NCBI GenBank assembly: GCA_951406725.2
Contig: OX597828.1
Span: 77,996,001 to 78,060,000 of the forward strand
Length of the DNA: 64,000 nucleotides
DNA from: Octopus vulgaris
Taxonomy: Eukaryota
Direction of reading: 5' to 3'
The notes below the pieces were generated by a model. The model was not told where the DNA came from, did not search any database, and saw nothing but the letters and a program-made list of their open reading frames with translations. Every line of letters starts with the position of its first letter. Within the stretch, counting starts at the first letter, position 1. Both the position numbers and the translations under genes were made by a program. Below are positions 57,766 through 64,000 of this stretch, piece by piece.

Positions 57766-58106
57766 GTATGTTTGGAAAACACAAGAATATCTCTCTTTGT
57801 TAATCCCTGCATGAATTGTTTATGTCAGAAACCACTTAAGTCATTCTGGATTAGGCTCAACCAACCTTGTATGAATTCTATCTTTTCTGATCTGATAAAC
57901 AAGTTGTTTTCTTTTTATAGTCTCTTAAACAATTCCTTTGTTTACTTAATATTTCTGAAGATGTATGGATGCTGCTCTTCTTATTGTTGTTGTTTTAACC
58001 CAGGGCAGCAGATCTATCTATAATCAAAGGCATTTCAGCCATGACCATCACTTCTTGTTTTTCAGGAGCTATATGGGATAACATTATCCAATAATCCTTT
58101 CCTTAT

Positions 58107-58331
58107 TTAACCCTTTCGTTACCAACCCGGCTGAAACTGGCTCTGAGTACAAATGTCTTGCTTTCATAAGTTTTGAATTAAAATCTTCCACCAAACCTCA
58201 GTCACAATTTATGTTCCTGACACTAGCTTAAGGATAACTAAGTTTTTTTTTACTAAGTTCTTTGTTATATTTAAAATTAATTGAAAGAAACACAGAGCGT
58301 CTCAAAATAAATACAGTAACGAAAGGGTTAA
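58107..58331 (-). mobile_element. piggyBac-type MITE family A, complete
   Basis: TTAA-CCCTTTCGTTAC...GTAACGAAAGGG-TTAA; reverse complement of 22466-22694. Confidence 0.9.
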
Positions 58332-59857
58332 GACTCTAGGTGTGTTATTAAGGAAATTTAGCTTCTGTTTCTAGCAGGTCATAAGTCTGCTCTGTCAAGG
58401 TTAACTTAGGGCTAAAAAAACAACGTTGTTACTGGAAGTTAAGGGTGGTTTAGATTGGTTAGTTTCGTGTTCAGCTCCACCTGTAGTTGTGACTGAAAGA
58501 AGTTCTTGTGATTACCTGTTGATAGACCCATCTAAACCAGGTAAGCCAAATATCATTGGCGTAGTCATCTACAAATGATCATCTATGGAAAGAAGGACTT
58601 TGCTTTTAAGAGTGACACTTAAATTGCTATAGAAATTGCTATAGCAACACTAGAGAACATCATCTTTTCTCTCAGAGCATTTCAACAAAAATTGATGCCA
58701 GACATATGCAATCTTTTACGATGCCTCAATAAACTTCATTTCCCAAATAGAAGATATTGTGAAGAAAATGAGAACCCTGCCCCTTCATGGGATAAATAGA
58801 TAGCTCGTTAGCTTTAACGATGCATGTTCTAGATGTTCGTTAGACAGTCTGGTGCTCTCTTTGACATCCTTCTGGCAACTCTTGGGCAGCTGGTGCTCTC
58901 CACAACCTTGTATGGAACTGGTTAGCCAAAAGCCTGTACCAAGCACTAGTGTCTGTTTTGGCACGGTTTCAATAGCTGGATGCCTTTCTTAATGGCAGCC
59001 ACTTTACAGGGTGGCACTGGGTGCTTTTTACATGGCATCAGCACTGGTAAGGGTCACCAAGTAACTTGCTGGATAAAGATCTCTCAACTGAGAAGAAGTA
59101 TTGAGGGAAGGTGGTTGTGTGCCAGGTGATGAGAGGGTAAAGTATGGTACAGGGACAGAAGCAGGGGTCTTGCTAGGAGAGAAGATACGTGGCTACACAG
59201 TCAGAGGAAAGAGAGAGATGGTGATAAAGATGTGCCAGAGTATGTCCTCAAGGGACAGAGAGAGGTGAATGTAAGTGAAGTGGTACAGAGGATTGCACAG
59301 AGTGAGTGAGCAGGGATTTTATGGGAGTGCAAAAAGGGAATTTGGAAATTGCAGGAAGGGGAATACAGGGTGTGGTGAACTTGGGTGTGTGTGTGTGTGT
59401 ATCTTGTGAAATCAAATCAATAAAGTCTGTGTGCTGTAAGAGGACAAATTTTAATTTTAATCTCTGAGCCCTTTGGGGGTAAAAAATAAATATTGTGTTG
59501 GGAACACTGATGAAATTCTCTCTCATTGGTCAATATATTATTGGAACCAGTGATAAATAAAACACACACACACGCTCTTCTTGGTCAATACGTTCAATCC
59601 ATTTGTTTGAATTATTTTCTATTGAACTTTCTGCCTCTCCATTATTCTAATGCCTCTCCCTCTCTCTCCCTCCCTCTCTCTCTCTCTACTTCTCAATAAA
59701 ATACTTTCTCTTTTTACTCCCCCCCCCCAAAAAAAAACCCAATTATTCCAAATGTCACCTTTTCTTCTTTTTTATTTGATTTGATAATGTTTTTGTTTTT
59801 CATTTCTTTTGATATTTTTTGTTATTGTTGTAACTTTGTTTTCTGTTATTTGAGAAT

Positions 59858-59871
59858 GTTTCCATAGCAAC
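59858..59871. promoter_or_regulatory. RFX X-box motif
   Basis: GTTTCCATAGCAAC fits GTHNYYATRRNAAC and lies in unique sequence; function not shown. Confidence 0.35.
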
Positions 59872-61099
59872 CGTTTTTGGTCGTAAAGTTATGGCATGAG
59901 GTGATTCCTTAGTCCTGTCCACGTGTGTGTATGTGTGTGTCTGTGTTTATCTATGACTCTACTTATATGCGTGTATGTATAGATAGGTGTGTGTGTATAT
60001 GTGCTATTCCTATCTACTCTCCACCAATAAATTTGTGGTTTCCTCTCAGTTTTTATCTCAATATTGCAATTCTCATTCCCCTCCTCCCCCTCTTCCTTCT
60101 CCTCCTTGTCACATTTAAGACTTTTTTTGTATTTCCTAAAATCTAACAGTTGTAGTTAGAGATCAAGAGAGACGGAGCTGGTGGTACTGTTCTTATTAGT
60201 AGTGTTGTTGTTGTTGTTGCTATTTTTGGTAGTGTTATTTGTTGCTTAGCCCTAGGTCTGTAGAACTGATCAGCAGAATTCTGGCCATGATCATTTTGGA
60301 ACTTTTTTTTATTAGGCTAATGTATCTAGGATTACATTGTCCAATTTGTCCACACTTCAGAACTACCTAGTTGCAGAGTCAGCCTGCTAGAAACAACAGC
60401 CATATTCCCTCAAATCACACTCTACCTTAACAGAAGAATGAATGACATATTGGACAATACATTATTTACATTATTTACATTTGCTGGATATTTGTCCTCA
60501 CCTTGTTTGTTGTGAATAATGTACATAATTCTTCATCTCTTAAATATAGAAAGAACTATATTGGACAATGGTGTCTAAATATGCAAAAAGATGAGTTGGG
60601 CATGGTTGGAATGTCTTTGAACTAAAGTCAGACTAATCAGCACTAACCCTTTAGTATTTAGATTATCTGTCAAATGTGATGTTTAATTATTCATTGTTTT
60701 GAATTAAACATGCTTTTTTTTGTAGCTTTAAGATTTCAATTTTGTAATTATTTATGTTTAGAATAACATTGTCGGGGATGTGAGAGAGGCCAGTTTTAGC
60801 CTAAAACAGGTAGAAAGAGCTAAACATCAACAATGACACTTGTTTTATGTTTCTGAGTGAATCTCAAGACTGTATAGGAAGGAAAGAGTCTCCTAGTCCC
60901 TAAAAGGGAATTTCGTTAGGAGAGCTTTTTTGAAAGCCATGGAGTAAAACCCACTTTATACCAGTTAACAGTAATAAGATTTTAAACAGAAAGGCACAGG
61001 AGTGGTTGTGTGGTAAGTAGCTTGCTTACCAACCACATGGTTTCAGGTTCAAATCCCACTGTGTGGCACCTTGGGTAAATGTCTTTTACTATAGCTTTA

Positions 61100-62251
61100 T
61101 AGTAGAGGATTTTTGCAGAGTTGAATTTTTTTAAGCATTTGTTTGCAATTGTCTGATAATACAGATATAGACTTGCCCAAATGCATCAATAAATGAACAT
61201 TGATATTTCTTTCACCGTTGTTACAATCATCTGAAATGGAACTGCAAAGCACAAAATTTTAGCAATTTTGCTATTCAACTTCAAAAAAGGACATAAAGCA
61301 GTGAAAACTGCTCACGATATCATTGAAACATTTGATGAGGAAATGACCAGTGAGTGGTCAGCTTGAAAATGGTTTAAACGATTTTGCAATGGCGACCTGA
61401 GCCTTGAAGACCGTGAGCGTAGTGGATGCCCATCTATCATCGATGATGGTCAATTAAAGACCATCATTGAGAAAGATCCACGTAAAAGCACTCGAGAACT
61501 AGCAAAAGTACTCCAAGTTAGCCAGAAAACTGCCTGCAACCATTTGCATGCAATAGGAAAATCAAGAAAGCTCGACAAATGGCTACCACACAATTTGAAT
61601 GACAATCAGAAAATGCGCAGATGTGAAATTTGCTCATTGCTTCTTCTCTGTAATCACACCGATTTACTTCTTGACTGTATTGTAACTTACGATGCAAAGT
61701 GGATTCTGTTCAATAATAAAAATGTTCTTGGCAGTGGTTGGACCAAAATGAAGCAACGAAAACCTTCCCTAAACCCAGGCTCTTCAAAAAGGTTATAGTG
61801 ACTCATCCACTATAACTTCTTAAAACCTGGAAAAACCATTACTACAGAAACATATTGCCATGAAATTGGCAAAATGAATGGAAACCTGCTACTCCTTTGT
61901 CCCAGACGGGTCAACAGAAGAGGGCCAATCATTCTTCATGACAATGCTTGACAACACATTTCATTAATGACCACCAGAAGTTCTTTCCCACCCAGCTTAT
62001 TCCCTAGACCTTTCTCCTACTTACTACCACATTTTCATGCACCTTGATGCTGAAAGTACATTCAAAGAGTTCCTCAGCTCCAGAACTCCAGAATTTTATG
62101 TTACCGGAATAAACAAACTTGTAACTTGGTTGGCAAAAACGTGTTGATTGTAATGGTATTTATTTTGATGAATAACATGTTTGCATTGTCGAAATATATT
62201 GTGATGAATTTCATGTTTCAAAACGTTGCTTCCTTTTTACTCAGCCTGATA
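61100..62251 (+). mobile_element. Degraded mariner transposon (transposase pseudogene ~61236-62175)
   Basis: KWFKRF, KWLPHNL (cf. WVPHEL), IVTYDAKW, LHDNA and YSLDLSP (cf. YSPDLAP), with stops and frameshifts. Right TIR-like CTTTTTACTCAGCCTGATA. Confidence 0.9.
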
Positions 62252-62987
62252 TGTTTGTCTTGTAAAGAATGAATTATTTAAACATTAACACAAAGTTAAA
62301 TTCTACCTTGCTTATTAGACAGGTGTGTATTTGTTTTTTTCCTATATCAGTCTGTTTACATACAAATTGGTTTGATTGCAGAAACACATGCCTTGCATAA
62401 TTTGCATAAATAATTAATGTAATGCATTAATTAGTTTCACCTATAATAGTTATTTTCTCTGCATTAATTTTCTTCTTTTTGTTCTTTCATTTTCTTCTTT
62501 ATTTCTTCATCGCCACCCCCACCAGTTCTTAGCTGGAATGCCAACCCCCTCCACTGTCTGAGAAGATATGGTAAAACAATTGCTATTTTAGCCACTGGGC
62601 CTCTTTGACCAAGCAAACCAATGATCAGAGGTTTGTCAACCATGCCCATACCATCTTTACATGTATTTTGGACTACTATATGTTCTTTCCTCTATGAAAG
62701 ACATTTTCTGGGGTGAAATTTGAGGGAAATTTTGCCTGTTTTTAACAGCTTCAAGCAATCACATAGAAATCCCGTCATTGACAACAAAATGGAAATTACA
62801 GCAAAGGCTAGAACTGGTTTTGTTGTGTTTTTTAAGCTAAAGACAACTCTTAAAAATAGCTTTCTTTACTCTATCCCTAACCAGCCCCCCCCCTGCTCTT
62901 TCTCTGTCTCTATGTAAATATATATAATTGCAGCAGCAACAGCACCAAAATGCTTTTGTTTAGCCTGTCTATATTTATTCAGATTTA

Positions 62988-63042
<55 letters not shown>

Positions 63043-63497
63043 ATATGTATGTATATATATGTATATGTATGTATATATAAATTAATTAATTCTTTATCTG
63101 GAAAGCTTAGTGTCTGAATACAGCAGGGGCTTAATAGAGTACACTCCACTTGTAATGTAATCTTGCTTTTATTGACAATAAAATGTCATGTGACCTTGGC
63201 TATTAACCAATCATCTCTGGTTTTATTGCAGATAAAACTTTCTGACCTAATTCTTTCACTACTGGAAATAAAACACATAAACAAAAGCAAATCAAACAAC
63301 AAAACTCCCGTTAATTACATATAAATATATATCAGATACACACCTATGTACCCCCCACACACACACACAATATGTATGTATATAAATTTTGCATTGAAGC
63401 ACAGCTTTTCAAGAAGGTCACAGGGTGTGAACTTTCTGATACTTTATATAAACCCAGGTATAACCAAGTACTGCTGCTAGTATATATAAATAAATAT

Positions 63498-63534
<37 letters not shown>

Positions 63535-63629
63535 GTGTGTGTATGTGTGTATGTATGTATGTATGTATGTATGTATGTATGTATGTATGTATGTGTGTGT
63601 GTATGTATGTATGTATGTATGTATGTGTA

Positions 63630-63668
<39 letters not shown>

Positions 63669-64000
63669 TGGGTGCCTAAGCAAAATTTCAATCTAGAGGT
63701 ACATATGTTGCCCATGACTTAAAAACATACATGCATTCACTTGCACTTGTCAAGTATCTTCTACTGTTACACTGGGCTGACCAAAGCCTTCTGAGTGGAT
63801 TTAGCAGATGGAAACTGAAAGAAGCCCATCATATATACCACATAAAAGGCACCATTCAAGTGTGGTCGATGCCAGTGCTGCCTGACTGGACCCTGTGCCG
63901 GTGGCATGTAAAGTGCACCCACTCCATTCTTGGAGTGGTTGGCATAAGGAAGGACATCCAGCCAGATCAGATTGGAGCCTGGTGCAGCTTCCTGGTTTGC

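Noticed and set aside
58480-58920. Possible decayed RT (FVDDYANDI on the minus strand)
   Set aside because: Too degenerate to assign by eye.

Overview
AT-rich, microsatellite-dense eukaryotic DNA made almost entirely of interspersed repeats. The SINE content suggests a cephalopod, probably Octopus (inference, not verified). The only long real ORF is an apparently intact ORF2 (APE endonuclease plus reverse transcriptase) of a CR1/L2-group LINE at 3620-6664 (-), set between two kilobase-scale (TA)n arrays. The rest is degraded R4/Dong, RTE and CR1 LINE fragments, two mariner relics, piggyBac-type TTAA MITEs, a Helentron-like element and at least five SINE families. No host gene could be identified; there is one weak candidate exon. 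Most notable are (1) several long fold-back elements with minimal hammerhead-ribozyme motifs of the Penelope-like type, one joining a tRNA-derived Pol III head to a hammerhead, and (2) a 3' tail shared by the intact LINE and two SINE families, with a covarying hairpin. Family names come from motif recognition by eye, and most boundaries are approximate.
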